A stretch of DNA of 64,000 nt, taken from contig OY829846.1 in the NCBI GenBank assembly GCA_963691875.1, positions 320,001 to 384,000 on the forward strand, written 5' to 3'. Every line of letters starts with the position of its first letter. Position 1 is the first letter of the stretch. The translations under genes were made by a program, and so were the position numbers. This document shows, in pieces, positions 30,728 through 39,986 of the stretch. The notes below the pieces were generated by a model. The model did no database searches. It saw only the letters and a program-made list of their open reading frames with translations, and was not told the DNA's origin. This DNA is from Aureliella sp. (lineage in GTDB: Bacteria; Planctomycetota; Planctomycetia; Pirellulales; Pirellulaceae).

Positions 30728-32313
30728 CGTGCGGTACAAACAAAGTGCGCACGCGAAAGTCAGCAGAAACCGGGGTCGGAGCTGGGTAGGATCATTTAAG
30801 AAGTGGTGCCGAAAGTCAATGGTTACCAGGCTGCTCTGGGCCAATGTCGAAATGGGCGCGCAACGGCAGCGCTGGATTCTGCTTCCCTGCCCTGTTTCAG
30901 TTGACTAAGCAGCGCGGCGATACGACTTGATCACGCCCCCAAGCCGTTCTCGGCAGACAACCTTTTCAAGCCGAATCGTCTCCCACTCAGGCACGGGTGA
31001 TTGAACGCACGGGGGCCGATGGTTTCGATGGGAGTGAGGCCTCGCTTCGTTATAGTGCTCGACAAATTCGCCAACCAGGTAGTCGAGATGATCTTGGCCG
31101 AAGGCAATGAAATGGTCGAGACATTCGGTCTTGATCGTTTGCACAAAACGTTCGACCCTGGCGTTGAGATTGGGTGAGCGAACCGGAAGCTTCTTGCACA
31201 TGACTCCCGCATTCTTCAAGGTCGATCGGAAGTCACCTGAGAACTTGGTGTCACGGTCGTGGATCAAGATCGTAGGGCGATGCTCACGATGTTCCGTCAG
31301 CTTGACGAAGGTCTCAGCCTGCTCGAGCACCCAAGCGTTGTTGGGCTTTCGAGTGCTCTTGGAGACCATGACCTCTCGGCTCTCAAGGTGCATGAATACC
31401 AGGACATAAAGGTCGACGATGCCCCGAGCCGTCACCGCACGCTTGGTAAAGAAATCACAAGCCCACAGTGTTTCAGCATGAGCTTTGAGATAATCATCCC
31501 AAGTCCCCTGCCGTCGCTTCGGGCTTGGCTCGATGGTCTCGTCCTTCAAAATGTTCTTAACCTTTTGTCGGCAGATCCGCGAGATGCCCAGACTGCGGAG
31601 TTCTCCGAGGATCTTGGTGTAGCCGAATCCGGTCTCCCGAGCGATCTTGAGCACGAGGTCACGAAGGACCTGGCTCTTGCCTCGAGGCTTGCTTACGGAG
31701 GGCTTGCCGCGTTTCGCTTCCCGTCGCCAGCGGTAGAAGGTGCCAGGGGTGACGATCGAGATCAGCTCTTCGATCGCAGCACCGAGCGGCAAACCAAACT
31801 TAAGAAGCCGGTCACGTTCTTCACGGCGAGTGTGAACTTGCCCAGGGATCCTCGCACGAAGGATCTGGTTCTCTTCCTTCAAATAACGGACTTGGCGACG
31901 GAGATGAGAGTCGGAAGCACTGGCGATCAGCGCCAGCAGCGGATGAAACAGCTTGGTCACGGGAGTTCGTTGGTGTAAGCTCTAAGTGGTTCAGTTATCG
32001 GGGGATAGCAGTTGGTTTATACCCCGGATCCAGCGTGATTGAGGGTGCCGTGGGCGTCAACTTTTAGACGGTGCTTGGAGGCAGCCCACCTGAGTTAACT
32101 GATCCACCCTGTTTCGGCCGATGGGAAAAGACGACCATCAGGTTAACTCTGTTTCGCAGGTCGCTGTTAACGGATGTGGCTCAGTTTCTAATCCGGTTGC
32201 CATCGCTACAGAGCGACCGAAAGCGACTCGAAATCAGCAAGTGCTTTGCTGGTGAGGATTTGCAATAATCGATCTCGCGAGAGTCGTTACGAAGAGAGTT
32301 TTGTACGGGGAGC
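30728..32313 (-). mobile_element. IS element, family A copy 2
   Basis: Same 13-bp left end (30728-30740); about 31670-32313 is near-identical to about 25035-25678 (offset 6635). Confidence 0.8.
30905..31960 (-). CDS. Integrase-core (rve) DDE transposase, paralogue of 24267-25325
   Basis: Same motifs; N-terminal part identical to copy 1, remainder diverged. Confidence 0.92.
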   Translation of the reverse strand: MTKLFHPLLALIASASDSHLRRQVRYLKEENQILRARIPGQVHTRREERDRLLKFGLPLGAAIEELISIVTPGTFYRWRREAKRGKPSVSKPRGKSQVLRDLVLKIARETGFGYTKILGELRSLGISRICRQKVKNILKDETIEPSPKRRQGTWDDYLKAHAETLWACDFFTKRAVTARGIVDLYVLVFMHLESREVMVSKSTRKPNNAWVLEQAETFVKLTEHREHRPTILIHDRDTKFSGDFRSTLKNAGVMCKKLPVRSPNLNARVERFVQTIKTECLDHFIAFGQDHLDYLVGEFVEHYNEARPHSHRNHRPPCVQSPVPEWETIRLEKVVCRERLGGVIKSYRRAA

Positions 32314-32719
32314 CGCTGTGCGATCTACACTCGGAAGTCCACCGAGGAAGGCTTGCAGCAAGAATTCGACTCGCTTGATGCACAACGCGAGTCGTCTGAG
32401 TCCTTCATCGCGAGCCAGATGCACGAACGTTGGACTTTGCCTACCGACGCACTACGATGATGGCGGATTCCCTGGCGGAAATATGGATCGGCCGGCACTA
32501 CAACGATTGATGGATGACATCGAGGCCGGAAAGATCGATTGCGTTGTGGTCTACAAAGTTGACCGCCTCAGTCGTTCGCTACTCGATTTCTCTCGCATCA
32601 TTGAGATGTTCGATCGAACGGAGGTATCGTTCGTTTCGGTAACCCAGCAATTCAACAAGATTTGCAGTATGGGGCGGCTGACTCCGAATATCCTGCGTTC
32701 GTTCGCCGTGGACTGCTGA
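32314..32719 (+). pseudogene. Large serine recombinase remnant (catalytic domain only, frameshifted)
   Basis: [26 protein letters not shown] from 32314, frameshift near 32435, then [19 protein letters not shown]...[10 protein letters not shown]...MGRLT; the C-terminal recombinase and zinc-ribbon domains are missing. Confidence 0.88.
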
Positions 32720-32729
32720 ACTCGGTTCG

Positions 32730-33707
32730 CTACTTACGAAGTTCGATTCTCCGAAGTTGCCCATCGGTTCCACCCACGGCGACACTCCCATCTTTCGGGT
32801 GCACAGCAATTGCGTAAGCCCAACCGTCAATCGCGGGTAGATTCTCTGTGACTTCGACTTCGTCCGCGTCAATCACCCGGATGCGACCATCCACGCAAGC
32901 CGCCAGAACCAGGGCACCATCGTTCGTCCAGGCAATGTTCAGTGGCTCGGCCTCTATACGAACATAGCGGACCATGCGGCCAATCGTTGGTTGCCAAAAT
33001 CGAATCGTGCGATCACCAGCCGCCGAAGCGACCATCGGAAGGCCGTCCTCGGCAGGGCGCAGCGTCAAGGCGTTTACAGATTTTATGTGTTGGTTCAGGC
33101 TTTGGAGGAGTTCAGTAGATTCCAGGTCCCAGACCCGCAGCGACTGATCGACACCCGCGCTCACGAACGTTTTGCGGTCCTTCAGCAAGCAAATTGCGAT
33201 GACGCTTCGCGAGTGGCCCTCGTAGGTGAGGCGGGCTTTTGCCCCCGTCTCTAAATTCCATAGTTTGATCTCGCGATCGATACTTGTCGTTAACAGCCTG
33301 GAATCATCTGCCCAGGCAATCGACCGAACAGAATCGTGGTGGTCATCGAATGTCGCAATCAGCTCTCGCTCTGGCCATGAAAAGACTTCAACCACACCGT
33401 CCTCTGCTGGACGGCCACCGCCTACAGCAAGGTGCTCGCCATTCGGCGAGAACGCGAGGCAATGAAGATTCGATGCTGAAACCTCAAGCGTCCTTTTGGG
33501 GATCAGTTCGGGCCAACTGTATTCATGCAATCCAGCTTGGCTCACCGCAACAACCGACTCTCCTTCCAGCGTAAAAGCTAAAGCGGTAATCGGTGGTTCG
33601 GTAGCGGACACCACGCTCGTGAGGCACGCCCAAAGTAGCAGACACAATGCACTATAACGATGGCGTTGCTTGAATCTGGTTATCATGTTGTTCGTGTTCC
33701 GGCACAC
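32730..33707 (-). CDS. Secreted WD40-repeat protein (start may be about 33686)
   Basis: LAFSPNG, HHDSVRSIAW, IKLWN, GHSRSV, LRVWD and IRFWQ repeats. Confidence 0.9.
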   Translation of the reverse strand: MCRNTNNMITRFKQRHRYSALCLLLWACLTSVVSATEPPITALAFTLEGESVVAVSQAGLHEYSWPELIPKRTLEVSASNLHCLAFSPNGEHLAVGGGRPAEDGVVEVFSWPERELIATFDDHHDSVRSIAWADDSRLLTTSIDREIKLWNLETGAKARLTYEGHSRSVIAICLLKDRKTFVSAGVDQSLRVWDLESTELLQSLNQHIKSVNALTLRPAEDGLPMVASAAGDRTIRFWQPTIGRMVRYVRIEAEPLNIAWTNDGALVLAACVDGRIRVIDADEVEVTENLPAIDGWAYAIAVHPKDGSVAVGGTDGQLRRIELRK

Positions 33708-33725
33708 AAAGTGTGCCTACGACTT

Positions 33726-35066
33726 CTATCCAACTATTTCCGCAATCGCCGTCGCGCCATCGGGTACCACGCGAACGGGCCGACCGTCACTGGTAAGCAA
33801 TTCGTGCCTAGGATCAATGCCAAGAAGCGTATATATGGTTGCGGCGAGGTCGGATGGCGTAATGGGATTGTCTTTGGGGAGTTCACCGAGCGTATCACTG
33901 CTGCCGATGACTTGGCCACCGCGAACTCCGCCCCCCGCCAATGCGATGCTGAAGACATTGGGCCAGTGATCTCGGCCACCGTTGGCATTGATCTTCGGTG
34001 TGCGGCCAAACTCCCCCATCACAACGACCAGAGTCTCGTCCAACATACCGCGTTCCGAAAGGTCCTGGATAAGTCCACTAAGTGCTCTGTCAAGTGACGG
34101 CAAGTGAGCATTCTGATCAGTGGGATAACGCTGCTTCAGTTTGATGATATCCTGGTGTGCATCCCAACCGCTGCTATTGACGGTCACAAAGGGCACACCT
34201 CTTTCAACCAGTCGACGAGCCAGCAAACAGCTCTGGCCAATGCTGCTTCCGCCCGTGCGGCCGTAGCGATCGCGAACACTTTCCGGCTCGTCGGACAGTT
34301 TGAAAGCTCCCTTGGCGGACGGCGACGCGATCAGATTGTAGGCTCGTTCCAAATCGGGATCAGGTTGCGAGGAAGGCGAAGCGTCTTTGGCTCGATGGAA
34401 TTCATCGAATGAGTTTACGAACTGTCGGCGGCGGTCGAGGCGCGTGAGGTCTAGACCGCGATAGAAGTCGAGGTCGCGAACTTTGAAATCGCGACGTTCG
34501 GGATTTCCGCCAACGGAAAACGGCGCTGCCACGCTTGGTAGGAATCCGTTGCCGCTCACATTCCCACTGAATTTGGGAACGGCGATGTTGGGAGGAAGAA
34601 CGCCCGAATGTTCTCGTACATGGGAAAGCGTTGCTCCAAAGGTTGGGTACTCCAACGCGGCGGAGGGCATGTAACCAGTCATCAGGTAATGCGTGCCAAA
34701 GTTGTGTTCGCCCAATGGAGAGGTCATCGACCGAATGATCGTTAGCTTATCCATCACTTGAGCAGTACGCTCAAGGCACTCGCCGACTCGGACGCCAGAG
34801 ATATTCGTCGCAATGACCTCCAACGGACCTCGCACCTCCTCTGGTGCATCTGGTTTCGGATCGAAGGTTTCAAGATGGCTAGGACCACCATCCAGCCAAA
34901 TTAGAATGCATGACTTCGCTTTTGGTTGTAGCGAAGTCTCGGCAGCGATGGCTTTTTGTAGACGGAAGAAGTCGCCAAGACCAAGACCTAAAGCGGAAAG
35001 CCCTCCGATTCGAATGAGGTCGCGGCGCGTTACTCCGTCGCATCGTTTTGCTGATTTCATTTTCAA
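33726..35066 (-). CDS. DUF1501 family protein
   Basis: TRRDLIRIG, WLDGGPSHLETFDPKP, ARRLVERGVPFV, MGEFGRTP, GRDHW. Confidence 0.93.
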   Translation of the reverse strand: MKMKSAKRCDGVTRRDLIRIGGLSALGLGLGDFFRLQKAIAAETSLQPKAKSCILIWLDGGPSHLETFDPKPDAPEEVRGPLEVIATNISGVRVGECLERTAQVMDKLTIIRSMTSPLGEHNFGTHYLMTGYMPSAALEYPTFGATLSHVREHSGVLPPNIAVPKFSGNVSGNGFLPSVAAPFSVGGNPERRDFKVRDLDFYRGLDLTRLDRRRQFVNSFDEFHRAKDASPSSQPDPDLERAYNLIASPSAKGAFKLSDEPESVRDRYGRTGGSSIGQSCLLARRLVERGVPFVTVNSSGWDAHQDIIKLKQRYPTDQNAHLPSLDRALSGLIQDLSERGMLDETLVVVMGEFGRTPKINANGGRDHWPNVFSIALAGGGVRGGQVIGSSDTLGELPKDNPITPSDLAATIYTLLGIDPRHELLTSDGRPVRVVPDGATAIAEIVG

Positions 35067-35129
35067 GTTCTCATCTGTATGCCGTTCTCCTCGCTCTCAC
35101 GAGAGATGGAGTATGGCAGTCGTAGTCAG

Positions 35130-37280
35130 TCAGTGATTCGTCAAAAATTCACTACAAGTCAACAGGCCCCATACGAAATCTTCGAGAAAAGCTCGCTGAT
35201 CATCGCTCGATTTCAGACTTTTTAGCTTGCCGTTCCAATGCTCTTGCTCTTGGTCTGATGGATTTCGGTTGAATGCGGTCAGATAAAACGCATTCACAAT
35301 TTCCATCGGCTGCTTGCCGGCGGATTGCAGTTGATTCAGCCGACTGCCCTCCACGGCGATCCGAGCATTCAGCAGAGCACCGTTGAACAGATGCAGCATC
35401 TGTGGAAGGTCGCCCATCGCTCCCTCTGAACTCTCACATGATTCGTCACGCCCGCAGCGGCCAAGAATGTCGAGCGTTCTCGAAGGCGTCTTCGGATTGA
35501 CTAGCATGACTGCTCGCGTCCCATCCGGTTCGTTTCCGTAGGTGTCGGCAACACCCAGCACATCCGAGATTGCATCCGCCAAGACTTCGGGTTCTAAGGG
35601 CTTTGTGTTCGCGTGTGAATAGAAGCTGTCATCGCTCTTGTTCTGATCGGTGGCGTTTGCACTGCGAGCGTACGTTGTGCTATTTGCGATTAAACGTAAT
35701 GTGTGTCGTAGACGGTAGCCGTTACTTTGAAAATCCTCGGCCAACTTGTCCAGCAAAGCTGGGTGGGTGGCGGGGTTGGTATCGCGAAAATCATCCACTG
35801 GTTCGACCAGCCCTCGTCCCATCATCCGCTTCCAAAGGCGGTTGACGATTGCCTTCGCGAAGTACGGATTTGATGAGTCCGTCAGCCAATCAGCCAACTG
35901 CTGGCGCCCGTCCATTGAATTCTCGGCGAGGAATTTCTCGCCCGGGAGACGCTGAATCGCCGGTTCAAGCGTCCGCGGGTGAATCGTTTGACCGTTCGGT
36001 TTCTCGCCCACGACTTTTCCTCGATCCACCTTGGCGAAAACTGCTGCCAGGCCGTGATAATCATCCTGAGTCCAATGGTCGAGCGGATGGTTGTGACACT
36101 TTGCGCAACGCAGGCGGCTACCCATGAACAGCTCACTCGCGAATTCAGCCTGTTCGCGTTGTCCCGAGACGGTTCGATAGAAGTTAGCCGGGCCGGATTC
36201 GTGCGTATCTCCCGTAGCCATGATCAAGGCCCGCACAAATTGCCGATAGTCAACGTCATTCCTAATCTGTTCAGCAACCCATTTGTGATAGGTCAGGGAG
36301 CCTTGACTATCATCTTGCTGGGGCTGGATTCTCAACAGCTTTGCCAATTGCAGCGTCCAATACTCGTTGAACTCGTCTGCTTGAAGCAACTCATCCACGA
36401 GCAGCTCGCGTTTGTAGGTTCGGCTATCTTGAAGAAATTCGTTGACTCGATCTGCCGAAGGAAGCCGCCCTGTCAGGTCGAGAGAGACTCGACGAAGGTA
36501 GGTTGTATCGGCGCACCGTGACGACGGTGTCAAGCCAAGCGTCGCGAGTGATTCGAGTACTTCGTCATCAATGAAATTGTGCCGAGACTCATCCGATAAA
36601 TCGATATTGGAATCCGTGAGCGGCACAATCAACTCAATGGGAACCACCTTGCTCAAGTACCGCGCAACGACGATGTGTCGACCTCGCCGGAGGATTTTGG
36701 ACGTGGCTGATTCCGGATCGACATCCACCGCTGACGAATCCTCAGCCGAGAAAACCGTCCATTGAGTAACATCTCTCGACGTGCCGTCGGAGTAATTGGC
36801 GACTGCGCGGAGCTTGATCGGTTCGCCGAGCGACTTCGCCAGGTGTTTCTTTGGAGTGATCTCAACGCTGGACAGATCACGCCGGGATTCTTTGCCAGCA
36901 CCTTGCTTGATCCAATTGAGCAATAGTTTAGCGCTCTCACTGTCGTCATCAAAGACGGCTCCTCCACCATGTTCAGCATATTCAGTGGGCTTCAGGAGTA
37001 TCAGGCTTTCGTCCGGATTGGAAAGATTGACGCGGCGACCATTCATCTGTCGGACGACGGCTTCAAAATCTGCTTCCGGATTGCCTCCGTAAAGCGAAAG
37101 CTTGAATCCACCGCGCCCAATCGCTGCTCCATGGCACGCTCCTGCATTGCACCCATGTTTAGTAAACATCGGAATAAGGTCGTTGCGAAAGCCTACCTTT
37201 TCTCTCGGTGATTCCGCACTTCCTACCGAGACCACCGCTACGATGAGAGTCAGAGATTGGAACAGCGTCTTCATATCCAT
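35130..37280 (-). CDS. DUF1549/DUF1553 protein with an Ig-like domain
   Basis: GCNAGACHG, NFIDDEV, YLRRVSLDLTGRLP, CAKCHNHP, NPYFAKAIVNRLW...GRGLVEPVDD. Confidence 0.92.
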   Translation of the reverse strand: MDMKTLFQSLTLIVAVVSVGSAESPREKVGFRNDLIPMFTKHGCNAGACHGAAIGRGGFKLSLYGGNPEADFEAVVRQMNGRRVNLSNPDESLILLKPTEYAEHGGGAVFDDDSESAKLLLNWIKQGAGKESRRDLSSVEITPKKHLAKSLGEPIKLRAVANYSDGTSRDVTQWTVFSAEDSSAVDVDPESATSKILRRGRHIVVARYLSKVVPIELIVPLTDSNIDLSDESRHNFIDDEVLESLATLGLTPSSRCADTTYLRRVSLDLTGRLPSADRVNEFLQDSRTYKRELLVDELLQADEFNEYWTLQLAKLLRIQPQQDDSQGSLTYHKWVAEQIRNDVDYRQFVRALIMATGDTHESGPANFYRTVSGQREQAEFASELFMGSRLRCAKCHNHPLDHWTQDDYHGLAAVFAKVDRGKVVGEKPNGQTIHPRTLEPAIQRLPGEKFLAENSMDGRQQLADWLTDSSNPYFAKAIVNRLWKRMMGRGLVEPVDDFRDTNPATHPALLDKLAEDFQSNGYRLRHTLRLIANSTTYARSANATDQNKSDDSFYSHANTKPLEPEVLADAISDVLGVADTYGNEPDGTRAVMLVNPKTPSRTLDILGRCGRDESCESSEGAMGDLPQMLHLFNGALLNARIAVEGSRLNQLQSAGKQPMEIVNAFYLTAFNRNPSDQEQEHWNGKLKSLKSSDDQRAFLEDFVWGLLTCSEFLTNH

Positions 37281-37313
37281 CGCACCTCGAAGGCTTGTTT
37301 CGGATCGCCCATT

Positions 37314-38216
37314 TTATTGGCGTTCGGGAAATGCGGCCCTAATAATTTCTCCCGCTTCTGCGCGAGTGAGCTTTCCCGCACGCACGAATTCTCGCACCTT
37401 CTCACCCAACGCCGCTTTTTCCGTGGCCTGAGGATCATTGCCAGCGTCGTCTCCTCGACGACCACGCATTTGCATCCCAGCTGCTTCATCGTTGGCGGCC
37501 AACCAGCCTGCAACGGTTTCACGATCCTCGTCGATCAATTCCGCGATGCCACCCATGACATGTGGATCCGGAAGGAGCATGCCTTGGCGAAAGACAAAGT
37601 TGCGAGTCACCTTGCCTTCTTTCGCTAGGATTATTGTTTGCGCGATAGTTCGGTTCAGCCCGTACGAGCCGGGCCCGTCCCGACCGTCCGTTGAAACCGC
37701 CACCACATCGATTCCTTGCTCACGCATTCTCGAAAACAGTTGCCCAAAACTGCTATTGATTTTGTCCGGATCGTCGGCAAGGAACACGCAGGAGATCTTC
37801 AGATCCTTACCCGACTGCCTATTGATCGTGCCAATTGCCCTACCGATACCGAACAACCCTCGAATGGCAACACCGCTTTCATCCTGAAAAAATAGGACGT
37901 GCGGTTTGTCACCTGCGGCAGCAATAGGATCGAACTCTTTGCCTTTCTCCTCTCCAATAAGGCCGACCACCTTAATTGCCGAAACCTTCTCGCCAGGTTG
38001 AGGCCCGGAGAAGACCGCTTTACCCTCCGCCTTGAAGTGGTCGGGATCCTTCACGCCAACCTCTTTTTTAAGGTATTGACGACGCCCTTTTATCACGCCG
38101 CGTTGTTCTCGATATTCGGGTTCGGGTTGCTCTGGTGCTCTCGTTTCTGATTCCTGTGCAAGACTCAGTGGGCCAAATAGGCCTACGAGGATCATTACAA
38201 TTTCGTATCGCTTCAT
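37314..38216 (-). CDS. Secreted hypothetical protein, possibly thioredoxin-like fold without CxxC
   Basis: Signal peptide MKRYEIVMILVGLFGPLSLA; VFSGPQPGEK...DGPGSYGLNR...TIILAKEGKV pattern. Confidence 0.6.
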   Translation of the reverse strand: MKRYEIVMILVGLFGPLSLAQESETRAPEQPEPEYREQRGVIKGRRQYLKKEVGVKDPDHFKAEGKAVFSGPQPGEKVSAIKVVGLIGEEKGKEFDPIAAAGDKPHVLFFQDESGVAIRGLFGIGRAIGTINRQSGKDLKISCVFLADDPDKINSSFGQLFSRMREQGIDVVAVSTDGRDGPGSYGLNRTIAQTIILAKEGKVTRNFVFRQGMLLPDPHVMGGIAELIDEDRETVAGWLAANDEAAGMQMRGRRGDDAGNDPQATEKAALGEKVREFVRAGKLTRAEAGEIIRAAFPERQ

Positions 38217-38482
38217 TTCGTCTTTCCTCTTCCGAATTAGCTGTATTACTTTTTCTGCAGTCCTCGCGCGAATCATTTTGAACCTGATTGGTGGCGGAAG
38301 CGTGATGATCATGATCAACGTGCTCCGTCTAAAAATTTTTCGGAATGCTGACCAATCACTGACCGTCGCCGCCAGTATACCCTAGTCTTAACGCGAAGTC
38401 GCCTTCCTCATTAGCTTCTGGGGCTCCGAGAGAAGAGTTTCCACGTCGTCACACTCGGACAGGTTGTAGAACAACTGCGACA

Positions 38483-39916
38483 TCATAGCATCAGTTCTTC
38501 AAGTGGTCCTTTGAGATCTAGATGCTTCAGATTGGAGTCAGATTGCCCGAAAGTCTGTGGAGTCTGCATGCCGGCGGAATGCATTAGTGAGAGGTAGAGA
38601 CTACTGACGGTGCGGTGGCCTGGATCACCATATTTCGGGTATTCGACATAGCGTCCCGTTTTCAATTTGCCGCTCAAGCCACCTAGCAGGACAAACGGCC
38701 AGTCATGCCCGCTGCAATGGTGATCGCCGGAGGAACATGACATGTAGATGATCATGGTGTTGTCGAGCATGGTTCCGTTCCCTTCCGGGATACTTTCGAA
38801 TTTTTCCGCCATAGCTGCGATCTGTTTGAGATGAAGTTTTTCTATCTCCATTCGGGCTTTGTGACCTGTCCATCCGTTGGACGCTGTGTTTTCCTGGAGA
38901 TGGCCAAGGGAATGAACGGAATTTGAGAGCCCGAGTTCTGTGTATTTAACACCTAGCGTATCGGGACGCAGCGTGATGACGTTGGTCAGTCCGGCGATTA
39001 GAGCCGCGGTGGCTATTTCAAAGTGAGATTCGATACGAGCCGCGGGAGCCATGGAATCAAAACGATCGGTTAGTTCCGGAGCGTGCTCACGAATACGGCT
39101 GGTCAGCGAGGCTTTCTTTTCGTCGATACTTCTAAGCGACTCAAAGGAATTCATGTAAAGTGCGAATCGTTCTTTTTCATCCCCGGTCAGTTGCTTCTCC
39201 ACCCGCCGAGCGTCCTCGGTAAGGAAGTCCATGAGTCTGCCATTCAGTGCAAGCTTCTTTTGACGCTGCTCAGGAGTTGCGACGGCAGAACCGAATAGTT
39301 CTAGAAACGCTTTGCGTGGCGAACCCTGAAATGCAACCGGTTTCGCCGCGTCGTAGGCAGAGAGATTGGGATAACAGTAGCTATCTTCCGGTTTCCAGCC
39401 AGTTTCTAGCAAACGCCCGTTCATTGCCATCCCGTACATTGGATAGGGACCAGCTGAGAGATGCTGACCAAGAAGGCAATCCACAGTCGGCGCGACGGCG
39501 ACAGTCTCCGAATCGTGAAGCGAAAGCGTTCCAAACCCCTTCGTGTGATTTCCACGAAAGCCAACACCTGACAGGCTTTGGAGGATGGTCAGGCGAGTTT
39601 TCCATGGCTCAAGTGCCCTAAGTTTTTCGGGTAGCGGTCGCTCGGTCAGTGAGACGTCGACCAGCGGTCCCTCACGTCGCGCACGATTGCCTAATTTCTT
39701 TCCACCGTCAGGATTAATGAAGTGATTTTCCAGATCCCCAGGAACGAGATTGTACTTGTCGATCCCTGAAGATTTGACGACGAACACAAATCGCTTGGGC
39801 AGTGTCTCTTCATTGCCGGAAGCGTGTGCCTGGATCGACCGCAGGCATGTACCCATGCCGATGGACAACCCACCCAAGGAGATATCCTTCATGACTCGTC
39901 GTCTTGAATGTGGCAT
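38483..39916 (-). CDS. DUF1552 family protein
   Basis: SRRRVMK Tat-like start, PKRFVFVV, IPEGNGTMLDNTMIIYMS, WPFVLLGG; downstream of a DUF1588-type gene. Confidence 0.88.
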   Translation of the reverse strand: MPHSRRRVMKDISLGGLSIGMGTCLRSIQAHASGNEETLPKRFVFVVKSSGIDKYNLVPGDLENHFINPDGGKKLGNRARREGPLVDVSLTERPLPEKLRALEPWKTRLTILQSLSGVGFRGNHTKGFGTLSLHDSETVAVAPTVDCLLGQHLSAGPYPMYGMAMNGRLLETGWKPEDSYCYPNLSAYDAAKPVAFQGSPRKAFLELFGSAVATPEQRQKKLALNGRLMDFLTEDARRVEKQLTGDEKERFALYMNSFESLRSIDEKKASLTSRIREHAPELTDRFDSMAPAARIESHFEIATAALIAGLTNVITLRPDTLGVKYTELGLSNSVHSLGHLQENTASNGWTGHKARMEIEKLHLKQIAAMAEKFESIPEGNGTMLDNTMIIYMSCSSGDHHCSGHDWPFVLLGGLSGKLKTGRYVEYPKYGDPGHRTVSSLYLSLMHSAGMQTPQTFGQSDSNLKHLDLKGPLEELML

Positions 39917-39986
39917 CGATATTGCTTTCCGTCGGTTGTGAGGCTGAAATAAACTTTTTAATCAAATTTCGGTGTTACTGACATTG

